This document shows, piece by piece, positions 12,350-26,200 of a stretch of DNA of 64,000 nucleotides. Positions within the stretch are counted from its first letter, which is position 1, and every line of letters begins with the position of its first letter. Made by a program: the position numbers and the translations under genes. The stretch lies in assembly GCF_009914755.1 (NCBI RefSeq), contig NC_060940.1. The stretch is one strand, 5' to 3'. The DNA comes from the human T2T-CHM13v2.0 reference genome, Homo sapiens. The notes under the pieces were generated by a model. It was not told where the DNA came from. It was given only the letters and a program-made list of their open reading frames with translations, and ran no database searches.

Positions 12350-14562
12350 CAAGAAGGGAAGAGTAGAGAGGAGCTTTGCTAAATTGTATAGAGATAGTAT
12401 ATTATGAGGTGGATTGTAAGATCATTTTCACACATTGGACATTAATTCTATAGAATACCATTGGATTCTTAAACTTTTTATGTAGATTCTTTAAAATGGT
12501 CATTTGCAGCTTGTGCTAAGCATAAAAATGGATTACGCATTTTTAGGCCTGTCTTGCAAAGAGGTTATGATATCAACAGTTCCTGTTTCCCATTTTCAGG
12601 GCAGAAGTAAATCTAGATTCCTCTTGCAAGACACAGCTTGTCACAAATGCTAGACTAAACATTCAAAAATGAAGGTGAGCTCCAGAGAGAGCACAGAGCT
12701 TCCAAAGGCCAATTTGTACACCCTGTCTTGAGAGCTATTTTCTGACAGACAACAAAAGATGCTGTTCTCAAAAGAAGAGCTTATTTATTTGGGTTGTCTG
12801 CAGTAAGCTTGTTTGATGTTTCTTTGACTCTTGATCTTTGTTGGAGGAAAAGTGGAAGAGGAAGAGAGACAGAGAAAAAAAAAGTCTATTAAATTGGTAA
12901 AGTTCTGGTTCTAATGTTGGAATAAAGAACTCTTTAACCCAGCTGGAAATACAGATCTACCTTGGTTTGCCTTTCTCTAGCTTCCACAGCTGTTTGCTGT
13001 GGGCTGTACTCCAGCTCTCCCTGCTGGCTCAGAACCACTTGCTCCTTGGGACAATGCTGGCAGGGGGAGGAAGATATTCAATACTTTAAACTTACTCTCA
13101 CCCCTTTTATGAATATACAGGGATTAAGATTAAGTTGCTGCCTCCTATGTGGAATCTGGGGAGTCAGTTTTGATTATTAGACGCTGGCTTATTGGAATGG
13201 ACTGTTGACTACCAGGATAATTTTGAGTCTATAAAATCTTTCTTATTCCATAATCTTAGCCTGGTTAGTAGCACTCTTCTCAATTCTTTATCCCCTTCTT
13301 TCCTTCTCTCTCTCTCCTTTCTCATTCTCTCTCTTGTCTATTCATTTAACAAACATTTCTGACAGTTTTTCTACCATTATCTATGAGAATCATAAAGGAC
13401 TTTCACAGATACATTAAAACACAATTTCCTAATAAAGATGTCATGATATATGGGAAATTATATGGAATATCACTTATTGGTTAGCTGTTGGGATGTCTTT
13501 GGAAGATATCTAGGACCTCTTCAGAACTGGAATTAGAAAAGCCACAAAGAGCCCAGGAAATCCTAAATCTTTATTCTCCTCTTCTATGCTTATCTCTAAA
13601 TCTGTGGTATGTTCTCCTTTGTACAAACTGTTTGTCTTGGTTGCTTCATGTCCAAAACACGTATTTTCTAGGTTAAATTGTTTCTATTATGCAAGTAAAA
13701 CCAAACTTATTTACAGGCTCCCAGTCATAATTCCAAATTTCCCAGAAAGACAGTCTGATTGTCTCCACTTGCTTGAGATGTAATGCCGATGTTTAAGTGA
13801 TTTCTTGAAGAAGAGCTTGTCTCTTTTTCAGCCATAATCACTTGCTCTGTCTGGTAGAGATGTCCTCTCCTCTACTTTTGTAGGTCTGTCTTGAAGCCCC
13901 ATATCATCATCATCATCGCCGTTGCCCTGATTATCTGCTAGAGTCATGTTATGGCACCCCCTGGACTTGATTTCTCTCCCTGGGTGCCAGCAGAATACTT
14001 TAACATATAATAAATGTTCAATTAAATTTAGTGGCAGTTTAGTAATGATGACGTTTATGATCAGCAAGAAAAGAAAAAAAATATTCCAGGCCAAATGGCA
14101 GTTAATTGAGTCAAATTTATCTCAATTAATTAACTGGATTAATAAGTCTGCTTAGGCAAAATTTATGTCCCTACACGGTAGCCAGATAGGTAAATAGAGA
14201 TAGCCTTAGAAGAATACATGTTATGTAAACACTCAGTAAATATCAGTTAATATTATTTATCCTCCCATAAAAGTGGCTTGAGGTGTGAAAAGAAACCTGT
14301 GTGTGTGCCTCTCTGTGTGTGTATGTATATGTATCGTTTCCCAATACCCTTTCATCTTTTAAAAAAAAATTCCTAAGTCATTTTCCACCATCCCAATTAT
14401 CCATTTTGAAACATATCTTATTTTTTATGAATTGGTGTTTTGAGGGTACATACATTTCAATATCGATTTTTGAAAATTATTTAATACTGTTAGTGCTGCT
14501 GGATGGGATAATGACAAAAGGAGGTCTTTAAAGAAAATGTTTTTTATGGTAAGAAAAATAGA

Positions 14563-14589
14563 AGCACTGGAAGTTCTAGCCAGAGCAAT

Positions 14590-14644
<55 letters not shown>

Positions 14645-15873
14645 ACACGAAGCAATAAAAGAAATAAAGGGCATCCAAACTGGAAAGGAAAGTGAAATTA
14701 TCCTTGGTGGCAGATAATATGATTTTATATTTAGAAAAACCTAAAGAGTCTACCTAGAAACTATTAGAACTGATAAACAAATTCAGTAAAATTGTGGATA
14801 TAAAATTCTAATACAAAAATTAGTAGCATTTCTGTATGTCAATAGCAAACAGTCTGAAAAAGAAATGACGAAGGCAATTCCATCTACAATGGCTACAAAT
14901 AAAATAAAATTCTTAGAATTAAACTTAACCAAAGACGTGAAAAATCTCTACATTTAAAACTGTAAACATTAATAAAAGAAATTGAAGTGGGGACAAGAAA
15001 TTGAAGTGGGGACAATAAATTGAAAGATATCCCATGTTTATGGATAGGAAGAATTAGTATTGTTAAAATGTCAATATTACCCAAATAAATCTACAGAATC
15101 AATGCAATACCTATCAAAATAACAAATATAATTTTTACAGAAATAGAAAAAATATTATAAAATGCACATGGAATCACAAAAGACCCAGAACAGCTCAAGC
15201 AATTCTGAGCAAAAAGGACAAAGCTGAAGATATCACATTACCTGATTTCAAATTCTAATACAAAGCTATATTAAACAAAACAACACGTTACTGGCATAAA
15301 AACTATACATACAGACCAATGGAAGAAAATAGAAAATCCTGAAGTAAATTCAGGTATTTGCAGTGAATTCATTTTCAACAAAGTTGCCAAGAACATACAC
15401 TGAGGAAAGGAGGAAAGGACAGTCTCTTCAAAAAATTGTGCTAAGAAAACTGGATATCCAAATGCAGAAAAATGAAACTAGATTCCTATCTCTCACCACA
15501 TAAGAAATCAAATTGAAATGCATTAAAGACGTAACATAAATCCAAGATGTGAAACTATAAAACTTCTAGAATAAAACATTGGAGAAACACTTCAGGCTAT
15601 CGGTCTGGGCAAAGATTTCTTGAGTAAGCCTTCAAAAGCACAGGCAACCAAAGTAAAAATGGACAAATGCAACCACATCAAGCTAAAAAGCTTCAGCATA
15701 ACAGAGGAAACAATCAATGAAGTGAAGAAACAACCCACAAAATGGGAGAAAATATTTACAAACTATCCATCTGACAAAGGATTAACAACCAGAATATATA
15801 AGAAGCTCAAACAATGCAGTAGGAAAAAATAATCTGATTAAAAATGGGCAAAAGATCTAAATAGACATTTCTC
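14563..15873 (+). mobile_element. Old L1 (L1MA/L1PB-like) ORF2 fragment
   Basis: ctggaagttctagccagagcaatt...gggcatccaaactggaaagg...aatgggcaaaagatctaaatagacatttctc; ORF 15620-15832 translates as decayed ORF2p. Confidence 0.9.
14593..14648. repeat. (AC)n microsatellite inside L1
   Basis: About 23 AC units, then tc, then (ac)4. Confidence 0.97.
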
Positions 15874-16119
15874 TATTGCTGCTTTACAAGGGCTGTTTTC
15901 TGTCTTCATGTATCTGGGTGGCTATCAAATTCTCTTATGATATTTAAAACTTAGAATATTTACTATAGCCTTTGTGAATATGTCCCAATTCTCACCTACT
16001 TGACCCTGAATATGTCTTCTTTAGTTATGCACAAGATTCTTTGCCTTGTGAAAGCTCTTGGACAATACTTTTTTGATCTGCTCTTCGATATTTTAGTTTT
16101 TGCCTTTGTGCATTAAGAA

Positions 16120-16700
16120 GTCTGCAATGTACCTGCAGTACTGTGCTAGGCATAAGGGAAACAGCGGTGAACAAAACAGACATCCAGATACTCCTAGAAC
16201 ATATAAGTTAAGGGACAATATGAACCATAAACAAAAAAAATACAAATCATCAACTTGTTAATACACAAAGATCATCAACTGATCTTTTAAGAGTAAATGC
16301 CAGGAAGCTAAAGCTTAAGAAAAGTTGTATATTATACACAAGAGTGTAAAACTTAGCTTGGCCAGTCAAAAAAAAAAAAAAAAAAAAAAGGTGTCCCTCT
16401 GGAAATGATGTTTAAGCTGAGACCTCAAGGATAAGTACAAGTTATCCAGTTATTGAAAGAGGAGACAATCAATTTGAGGAGAGAAAAAAATATGCTAACT
16501 CTCCTTCATGCATTTTTTTATCTATTCAACAGACATTGATTGAATGCCCAATTGATGCTGAGTACTTTTGGAGACAGTGGAAACTCAGAAGAGAACAAGT
16601 TAGGAAATTTTAACTCATTTGGTACTGAAATTCTAGTGAGGAAGGCAGAGTGCACACGTTCTTTTGGAACTTAAATTCTAGTCGGGAAGACAAACACATG
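16120..16700 (-). mobile_element. L2 fragments
   Basis: ctgtgctaggcataagggaaacagcggtgaacaaaacagaca and ttcaacagacattgattgaatgccc, reverse L2 3' motifs. Confidence 0.5.
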
Positions 16701-16750
16701 AGAAAATGATGCTGTTTCTAGCACTGACCTGTGTAATGAATGAAATTTAT

Positions 16751-17003
16751 GACCGGGCGTGGTGGCTTATGCCCGTAATCCCAGCAGTTTGGGAGGCTGA
16801 GGCAGGCAGATCACCTGAGGTCAGGGGTTTGAGACTAGCCTGGCCAACATGGTGAAACCCCATCTCTACTAAAAATACAAAAATTAGCCAGGAGTGGTGG
16901 TACACACCGGTAATTCCAGCTACTAGGGAGGCTGAGACGAGGATCACTTGAACCCGGGATGCAGAGGTTGCAGTGAGCTGAGATTGCACCACTGCGCTCC
17001 AGC
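16751..17003 (+). mobile_element. AluS (Sx-like), 3' end and A tail missing
   Basis: gaccgggcgtggtggct...gatcacctgaggtcagg...ccactgcgctccagc, then non-Alu sequence. Confidence 0.95.
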
Positions 17004-17359
17004 AGCAATATACAATAGGTGGGTCTGGGCAAACATTTCAGAGGAGTTAAGTTTCAGTGGGTGAAAATGAAGTACACATGTGAAACTGAGAGGAGTTCAG
17101 TATAGTTGGAGTGAAGAACATCAGGGGCAGAGATGTGCATAATTCATCTGGAAAAGTATGTGAGACCAGATCCTGCAGGAATCTGTGATTTTGAGTATTT
17201 TCCAAAGGTCGATGAGCAGCTATTAAAAGGTATTAAACAGGGGCATCGCATGATCTTATTTGCATTTTGTAAAATGAGTAAAAAAGATCATCTGTGGAGC
17301 ATGGATGCCTGTTAAAATCTCTCCTGAGCTGCTAATATGCATATAAAGACTCGACACTG

Positions 17360-17960
17360 ACTGTCTGTACTATTAAAGCTGAACATGCAGGCAACCAGGT
17401 GACTCATTAATCCCATTCCTAGGTACATTACCCAACATAAATGCATGAATATTTGCACCAAAACAGATGTGCAACATTTGATATTTGAAACATTTGAAAT
17501 TGATAGCAACACTGTTTGTAGTATCTCCAACCTAAAACCAAACCAAATGTTCATCCAAAGTGGATTAAATAATGAATTATGTCATATTCATATAATGGAA
17601 TACTTTGTAGCAATAAGAATAAACAAATTACTGCTACACACAACATTGAGGACTAGGACAAACAAGACATTAAACAAACGAGCCAAATGTACAAGAATAC
17701 ATACTGCGTGATTTCATTTATATAAATTTTCAATGTAGGCCTTTAGTGTTTGAATTCAGAAACTGGTTGTCTTTGAGGAGGAGAATGGGAATACCTTGGG
17801 GAGGTGGCTTCGGGATACTGGTGATGTTCCATTTCTTGATCCAGGGAGAAGTGGTATACATGGGAATTTACATTATGAAGATTCGTTGAGTTGCACAATT
17901 GTAATTTTTGCCCTTTCATTGTGTATTTTATAATTCAATTAAAATTTTAATAAAACCAAG
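17360..17960 (+). mobile_element. Ancient L1 (L1ME/L1MC-type) 3' end
   Basis: aatcccattcctaggtac...aaccaaatgttcatc...aatggaatactttgtagcaata...atactgcgtgatttcatttatataaa...ttccatttcttgatc. Confidence 0.75.
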
Positions 17961-20035
17961 AAACCAAAAAAAAAAAAATGTTAAGAATGATGGCCACAGG
18001 CCAGGTGTGGATTGATCACATCCCAGACCAGAAGGTATAAGAATAAATAAGTAGATTAAAGTGATACTCTAAGGACATTAAGAGGCTCAATGATTGGTCA
18101 CTGAGGAATCAGGAGGAGTCAGATAATTGTTAGAATTTTGTGTAAATTTACTCTCTCCCTCTCTTTTGCAAGCTTCTTAAAGGTGTGTCTGTATCTCGTT
18201 CCTATTATCCCCACAGCCAAACACTACAATGGATGTGGAATAAATGAGCAACAAATATTGAATTAATAAATAAACATCGCACTTTCTGATGAGGCTGGAG
18301 GCTCTCACTTGATAGCAGAGGATAAAGAGAAGAAGAAAAGCAGGTCAGTAAGCTGTAGTGCTCTCAGCTGTTACTTCATCAGAAAAGGAAATAAATATAG
18401 AGTTGTTTTGAACAGCAGTATCGATGTTTTCTTAGGTCTAGTGGACACAGCAATGAGTCCTGACACGGGGTGGGAGACCATCTATTGACAGTCGGCACTC
18501 ATCATAAGCCTTTTAAAGTTTTCTGCGGAAAGCCAAGATGAAGTAAAAATAGCACCGTATTATTCTAGGTCTGACTGATGGGAACAGTTGCATAAAGGTT
18601 TCTTGTTAAGCGCGTCAAATGTTACCCTTTGTGTGACTTTGGTTTAGCTTGCTAGTCTGATTAAATTCCATTCACCAGCAGAGGAAGCGATTGGTATTTA
18701 TATGTCTGAAGCTGCTCTGAGTCTGGCCGTCCTAGACAATGTGGATATTTCTGGAGAGAGAGGGAGAGAAAAGCCAGGGTTTATCCACTTGGTTTATAAA
18801 TGGTCACCAAGAACAAATAGATATTGTGTAACCTCATGAAGTGCAGTCAGGTTCAGTAGATCTGCCTGCATCTGAGCTGTTTCACATCAGCTTTTTTCTT
18901 TTTTTTTTTTCTTTCCTGGATTTATAAAGCTTTTAATAGTCATTTGCCAAAGCATTTTTTTTTTCTTCATGGTAAGTGGATTTTTTTCTACAATATATTA
19001 GATGCTTAATCACTTTCTTATAATGGGCATATTTAGAAAAAACTGTTTCTTAAAAAAAAATTGAGGTTCATGACTATAAACAACAACTTCACAGCTTGGA
19101 CCATGGCTAGGCCAAGGGATTTTGAGTGAGGCTGGCTAAGTTTTCACACCTCTGCACTTACTCTTGTCACAGACATGTGACAGCAGTGAAGGAATTTGGG
19201 TTAAGGGCCTGTTTTTCCTTAACCGTAAAATCGTGAGCATACTATCTAACTAACAGTTTTATCAGTATTTCCATCTTGCAATAATGTATATTTAACGCCT
19301 AAGATGATTCCTGGCATACAGAGACATAAACATATATGCTACTGACCTTCTCTTTGTCCGTATTTTGATACTGAATTACAGTTAATTTTTATGAGCAGCT
19401 TTGTTTTATCTTATACCAAGAGCCCTAATTTATTTTACCCTAGGATAATTATATTTCAATTTCGGTTTTGCTTCCGGTTACTTTCCTCACCATCAACCAT
19501 CAGTATTATTACTGTGTGTCAGTGGATGCTGGTATTCCCATTTGTTCTTTCTTTATCTGCTGTGAAATCAGGTATCTACATTCACAGAAAGGAAGAGCAG
19601 AATCTGAGTTCAGGCCTAAGGGGGCCTTCATGGGTGAGTCCCTGGGCTCTTAGAGTAGCCCTTGGACATCTCTCTTGGCTGCTCAGGGTTCAACTCTTCA
19701 TCCTTGAGGATTCTTCTTGGATAAGTGAGGTCTTGCTGATACGTGTTGGCAACCCCTCAAGAAGTCACACTTTTGCACATGAAGGATAGAAGCTCATTGT
19801 AAAGGTCTATAGAAATGAAGGTTAAATATCCTCAAAATAAGATTATAATGCATTTTATGAGAATAGACATTCTGCTATGCTCATTTAAGGGAGGCACCAA
19901 TGTTAAGAATAACTACACATTCCTACTCTGATAAAAAGAAAAATAGCTGAAATCAGTTTTATCAATAAGGAAAAAAATTAGTACACATTGCAAGGATCAG
20001 AGCAGAGCAATGGGAAAGAAAAGAGCAGATCTATA

Positions 20036-20159
20036 AGCTGGGCATGCTGACAAGTGCCTGTAATCCCAGCTACTTTGGAGGCTGAGAAGGGAGAATCGCT
20101 TGAGCCCAGGAGTTCAAGATCAGCCTGGGAAACATAGCAAGACTCTCTCTCAAACACAA

Positions 20160-20200
<41 letters not shown>
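20036..20200 (+). mobile_element. Alu monomer (FLAM-like) with (TC)/(CA)n tail
   Basis: gctgggcatg...cctgtaatcccagctactttggaggctgag...cttgagcccaggagttcaagatcagcctgggaaacatagcaagac, then (tc)n(ca)n. Confidence 0.85.
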
Positions 20201-20201
<1 letters not shown>

Positions 20202-20450
20202 AAACACAGATCATCTGAGGCAGTGGGTCTGGAATGAACTGGAATGATCATCTGAAATGCAGATGATCCCACCAGGTAATACCAATGTTTCTGGTTGTGG
20301 GGCCACGCTTTGAGAACTGGTTCGGATTCTGGCTGCTCAGCGTGGTTAAGCATGGTGCACAGACCAGTAGCATCGGTGACACCTGGGAGCACTGTTATGC
20401 ATGCAATCTCAGACCCCCTCTCAGACTTACTGAATCAGAACTTGTGGGCA
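20200..20450. mobile_element. Two MER5A-like fragments in inverted orientation
   Basis: ccaggtaatac...ggggccacgctttgagaactgg (one orientation), then gaccagtagcatc...cacctgggag...cagacttactgaatcagaa (opposite orientation). Confidence 0.6.
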
Positions 20451-21631
20451 CAGTAAAACTTAAGATTCACCAGTCTGAAAAAAAAAAAAAAAAAAAGCAG
20501 ACCTGAAAGCAAACAGGCAAATGGTCAACCCACTAGTGGAAGAAAATCAGCTGTAATCAAGGGTTAACATTTGGGCAAATTCATATGGAAATGGAGTTTA
20601 AATGATCTTGCATGTCAGGAAATTAAAATGGCAGAGGGGTAATGGGAGTTGTCACAATAATATCTCACAAATGGAGAAATGCTGTTGCCTAGGATGACCA
20701 ATTGTGCACAAGTTACTTTTCATCCTCTGGCTGTGAACAGAGCTCAAAAAGTATATTCCTGACCTTACTTCCTTCTATAAATTATTGACGCTAATACCTC
20801 CCTGTCTGTGGATGCACTGAGAGATAACAAAGCACACACGCAGCTCTATAGCCTCTTTCCTTCATATTCTCAATCTTCAGTGTACGGATGAAGCCACCAA
20901 CCTGGCAGAGCATCCAGGGAAAGCAATTACTTCATTTATGACACATTTAAATTTGTTGAGTAAACAATTTTGAGTCTTCTATGGGGCCTATTACACTTGA
21001 GCCTGAGAAGTACTTATTAATAATTTTTCAGCTAATATTTACTCAAAGCACTCTAAATCAGCATTTCTAAATAAAGCTGAGTCCAAAGGGCAGAGGGCTG
21101 GTAGGCAGATGATGAGGAAAGCTGACTCTCAACATTCCTTTAGAAAGTTGAGGTTTATAGAGGGTTGGTTTTGGCAACTCCACCGGAAACTTATGTTTGG
21201 ATAGCCGTCTAATTCTAAACCAGTTCTGACTTTGCCCAGAATTTGGGTATGAGACAATAAATTAGCCTGATATTGTTGGAAAGAAATCTACTCAGGCTAA
21301 GAGTCAGAAAACAAACTTGCTTTTATTAGCTCTGTGACCTTGAATATGGCACTTAGCATTGCAGAGGCTTAGAAGGTAGGAAAGTAGGGGTGGGTGGGGG
21401 GAACACTTACTGAGAGCAAAGCACAACAGACTTCTACAACAACGGATATTAACCCTGCTTACTCTGTCTCCATGCACTCAAAGACACATGCAAGAGACAC
21501 AGAGATGTGTATTAAAATGCAGAGTTTGCTGCAAGCTGTTATCAAATCAACTTGATCGTATCAGCCATGTCTCTAAAGTTATCTGTTTTGATTCTTCTTC
21601 AGGAACTACTTTCGGCTGGTAAGCAGATCTT

Positions 21632-21890
21632 ACAGTACAGTAGTTAAGCATATAATGTTTGGAGCCTGACTGATATAGGCACAAATCTCAAGTCCACAAC
21701 TATGTGAACGTTGGTAAGTTGCTAAACATTGTTAAGCCATTGTTTCCACATCTGTAAAATGGAAAAAAAATAATTGTTCCTACCTCAATGCTGTATATGC
21801 TGAATGAGAGGGAGAATGTATAAAAGCTCTTACCATAGCATAATACAGAACCTAACACAAACTTAGCCTCAATCAATTCTAAATATTTTG
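21632..21890 (+). mobile_element. MIR, near full length
   Basis: agtagttaagcat...tggagcctgactg...gtttccacatctgtaaaatgg...cctacctca core. Confidence 0.75.
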
Positions 21891-22114
21891 ACCACTGTGA
21901 ATTTTGAATTATTTACTTACACTTTAATCAGGATGGTTATTTCTATCTATTTTATGATCTTTGTCCATCTAGATATCTCTTGCGGGATACTTTCACCTGG
22001 ACTACATTTGTAGCTATTTAATGATTCCTAAGTCCGATGCATGACCAGTCCTTTATCCCAACCTCTCTTAAGTTCAATCCCCATTCAGGTCCTAAACACA
22101 TTCACCTTTTTCCA

Positions 22115-22610
22115 GGTATATTAAGTTTGGTTCCTTAGAAGTGGGTATCAGGAAAAGGATCCATGTGAATACAAATAAATCAATAATCGATTTTTTTAAA
22201 ATGATAAGAGATAGGGAATGTGGGAAGAAAAGAAGGCCCCACAAGAGTGTGATATCAAACAATGTGCCAGGGAGGTAAATGTTGGCTCAGCCCCACACGT
22301 GATCTCTGGAGACAGCATGGATTCTACACAGGTTTGCAGGTAAACTAGCTCCCTGAAAATATTGGAATTATTCCAAACAGATGGCAAGATAACTGGCTAT
22401 ATCCATCACTCATTGTTTGAGGGCTGCCCCAGAAATTTGAAGGTCTCCATGTATTAAGGCAAGTTAGCTACTGATAGCCTGAGGGAAGACTGCCTGCTAA
22501 GAAGCACACGTGCTAGCTGTTGAGAGTAAAGGTATACATGGAACTGACCATGAAAACAGTGTAAAAGGAATCATAGGAACATAGGCAGAGCCCTGACAGC
22601 ATCTGCCATA
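22115..22610 (-). mobile_element. ERVL LTR, LTR33/LTR16-like
   Basis: Ends gagccctgacagcatctgccata (reverse complement tatggcagatgctgtcagggc, an LTR33-type start); degenerate. Confidence 0.55.
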
Positions 22611-22629
22611 ACAATAATGCTAATATTAA

Positions 22630-23249
22630 TGTAATCAGAAAAGGGGTCTTGATGCAGACCTCAGGAGTGTGTTCTTGCAGACAGGAATTCAAGGTGAGTC
22701 AAAGAGAGAAGAGAAGGTTCGTAGAAAGCTACCCTATTACAGAGCAGGGCATACTCAGAACACAAGAAGAGGAATGCTTCACAGTAAGAAGAGACAGTTT
22801 CTTGAAAGCTATTCCATTACTGAGTAGAGTGTCCTCAGAAAGCAAGTGGAGGAATTCACTATCTTTGCTTGAAGTTTTTCTTACACAGGAGTCTTACCTA
22901 TGTAAAGAATAAACTAAGCTGTGCCTACATGTGGGTGGGCTGACAGCATGACAAAATGTATTATTCTATTGATTTAAATAAAACTATCTGTGACGTGTTA
23001 GTGTGTAAGTATATTAAAGTATAACTGTAATTATCTTGAAAGCACATATTGTTATGGTTATTGAGAGATCTAGGCTTTCTGTTTTTATAGGAGTTTGTCC
23101 TTACAGGCATTACCAAGCTGACTCCTTAGGTAAAAACATCTTAGGACTATGGGTCATGACTAGCAAAGACTGTGCCTTGCCAGTTTTAAGATGGAGTTGA
23201 TTTTAAAATGGTGGCACTCTGGCTTTCCTAGGCTCCTGCTTTCCTAACA
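22630..23249 (-). mobile_element. ERV1 (MER4-group) solo LTR
   Basis: TG...CA termini (tgtaatcagaaaaggggtc ... ctcctgctttcctaaca), 4-bp TSD ttaa at 22626-22629 and 23250-23253, aagatggagttgattttaaaatgg motif. Confidence 0.8.
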
Positions 23250-26200
23250 TTAACATCCCAGCAAAAAGTTTCCATGAACATAGTAGTCTGCCCTTTGTAC
23301 TTTTGCCATCATCTCATGTTGCTGGGTAAGGATTATTAGTCCCAGTGATAGATGGTTTAGGTGAATATAATTTAACATACATGCATATGTACACATACAT
23401 AGACATAAATATTTTCAAATTCCTGTTTAGCAATTTATTCCATAATATTTGGTTTTACTATGAAAGTAGGTCATTTAATTAATTAATTAATGTTAGTTAT
23501 ACAAATTTATCTTTGCTATAGTGCTTTACATAAAAAGGGGAATAGTCTTTGGTAAAATGTATTTTTAAGTATTTAAGTCCCTTTTGAGTCAAGGTAGTTT
23601 CAGTCATCAAAAGTTTGCATGTATAAATTGCATGGAAAAGTCCCAAAGGAGTGCAAAGAGAACTCTTGTCTCTCATTTGGGCTACAAGAGACACACTTTT
23701 CTAAGATTATGACTCATGATAGTTGCTATAATGGTGCATATTAAAACTTTTTTTCAATAATATGAGAAACAATGTTGATTTTCAATTACACACGTAAAGA
23801 GCTGAATAGAGAGTATCTGGATTTCTGCCATGTATTATTCTTCTCTCCAGTTCCTGCCGATCAGTTGAACCTCTCAAAATAAGATATGGATCAAAGATGG
23901 ACCTCAGAATTCCCCACTTATCAGTTCCTAGAATGAGAAAAGAGTTGAGAAACATCTAAATTCCTGATGTCTGTTGATTCAGACATGCACATAAAGCAAA
24001 CTGCAGTAATTAGGGTCATATAAATTTCCTATAGCCATTAGCCCATCACCTTCCCTCATGGGAAAAGAGAACCAGGCAGTGGGATCTTCTCCTTGACTCC
24101 TGGAACCCCAGGCTGCCTTTCTTTTTATTTGAGTTAAGATGTGTTGGTTGCCTGGATACGGCTGAGCTTGTGAAAAAAATGTCACTGAGCTGCTGTCATG
24201 ATGGCCATTTTATTACCATGATTTATAAATGGATTATCTGTGAAAATGCCTCTGGTTTTAATCATGCCCCCTGCAGGAAATGGCCTGTTCTTATTGGTTT
24301 GTTTCAATGACAGGTCGAGATATCCTGATATTTTATAACAGTTGGTAGATGCTTTACTGCAAATGATATCCATCCTCCAGAAAAAATTAGTTAACTTCTA
24401 ATAGCATTAACCTCAGGAAGTGTATCCTGCCCACCCCCTCAATCTTATTTCAGATTCCTTCTTCTGGGGCATCAAGCTCCCCTTAGCTTTCCATCCTGTT
24501 TTCTCGTAATTCTGTTTCAAGGAGGAAGCAATCAACAACAGATTTCTTCCACAATGTTCCACATATGGGAATCACTCTTTGATGTTTTACAACAAATGGA
24601 TTTCAAATAGTGAACAGGAGAAGATGCACAGATTCCTCGGTTTTGTGGTTCCACAGGAGGAAGGTGATGCTTTGCTAGGGTGCCTGGAATCAATCCTATC
24701 ATCATCATCAATTTATTGAGTCTTTATCCCAAGCTGATAGCTTTACATATATTGTTCCTCACTTTCAAACCAAGGTGGATAATCTTCAAAATAGGAATTA
24801 TCTTCACCACTCCCAGTCACACAAGGTTAATTTAAGTGACATAGTTAAGTGGTAGGAGTGAGATTCCACCCAGGTGTCTATGATACAAATCTTCAGTTAT
24901 TTTCTTCACTTCATTGCTTCCTAAAGCTTATTCCATAGAACACTAGTTCTGTACAATTTCCAAACCTCCATTCCCTACCTGCAATAAGGTTAAAAAACAA
25001 AGAAGCAAAAATAAATATCTGGGGATAGTCTTGAAGATTCACTGTACATGCTAATATTCTGAAAGCTCTAAGAGTCTCTAATTTCTGTTGATAGTTTTAA
25101 CTGATCTTTTCCCAAAACTTAGTCAAACATGAAATACATGTTTAATTAACACCTACTAATGGAACTCTGTAAATAAGGGTTTGCTGAAAGCTTCACTAGA
25201 GTATGTTTCAGTGCCTATACTTATAGATTTTTTCTTTTTTTAAAATCTACTTATATTTTTAGAAGTTTGATATAATTTTATAGTATTTGTAAAGTCCATA
25301 CACTCTATCTTTTTTTTAATCACCACAGTAAACTTTATTTGAGCATGAATGCAGTGTGAGTACCATGCTTTTCCTCATTTCATCTCAATTACAAAGATCA
25401 AAAAGATTGAGGATTTTGCCTAAAATTACAGAGCTAGAAAATGGCTGAGCAGAGAGTTAACACCCTCATTTACTTTTGAATTTTGAACAAGGAATCACAA
25501 GAAAGTGTGCATAGACATTATCTAATCCTATTCCATTTTTTGGTCTTGGAAATATGAGTTTTTGAGAATTTAAGAGATGATACTCAAGCTTCAGGGTAAA
25601 AAGGCAGTGGAGCAAGGATTAGAATTCAAGTCTTCTCATCCTCAGGCTAAATCTGTTTCCAGAAGGATCTGAGTGGCACTTCTGGCAACACATCAAAAAG
25701 ATTTTCTACCACTCCTTCTCATTTTAGAAGTTCAAATGTGTGAATCAGGTCATCTAGCATGCAATATGCTCAGCACCCTAATGTGTTTTGTAACTAAATG
25801 GAAACTCCACTTTTAATTAACTAACATTGATTAGCATATCAGTTACTCTAACTCATTACAAACAAATTAGACCAAAAATCTGACCATATGAGCATGAAAT
25901 AAGCACTATTAAATTTCTATTTGGATAGAGATTGAACTAAACTGTTGCTTCTAGTATCAAAAAAGCCAAATTATCCTTTACTAAGATTTAACTTGGAATC
26001 AATATTAAAAGCTGTCTCTAATTTTCATTTTATATATTCCTCTCATCTCCGTAGAATTTCCTGGTCACCTGAATGATAATTAAATAACACCAAATGCAAC
26101 TTACATTTAACTATAAGATTTTGTCAGACATAACAATTTTTTAATAGATCTTAACATTTGAACATTTGCAAGATTTAAGATTTCTTTTAGGAATGAAAAA

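Noticed and set aside
19391-19789. 132-aa ORF
   Set aside because: No recognisable domain, F/L/S/I-rich composition typical of chance ORFs in AT-rich DNA, no splice support
25308-25460. Poly(T) plus TTTATT suggesting a minus-strand processed pseudogene end
   Set aside because: No TSD or coding similarity; downstream sequence looks like a degenerate MIR
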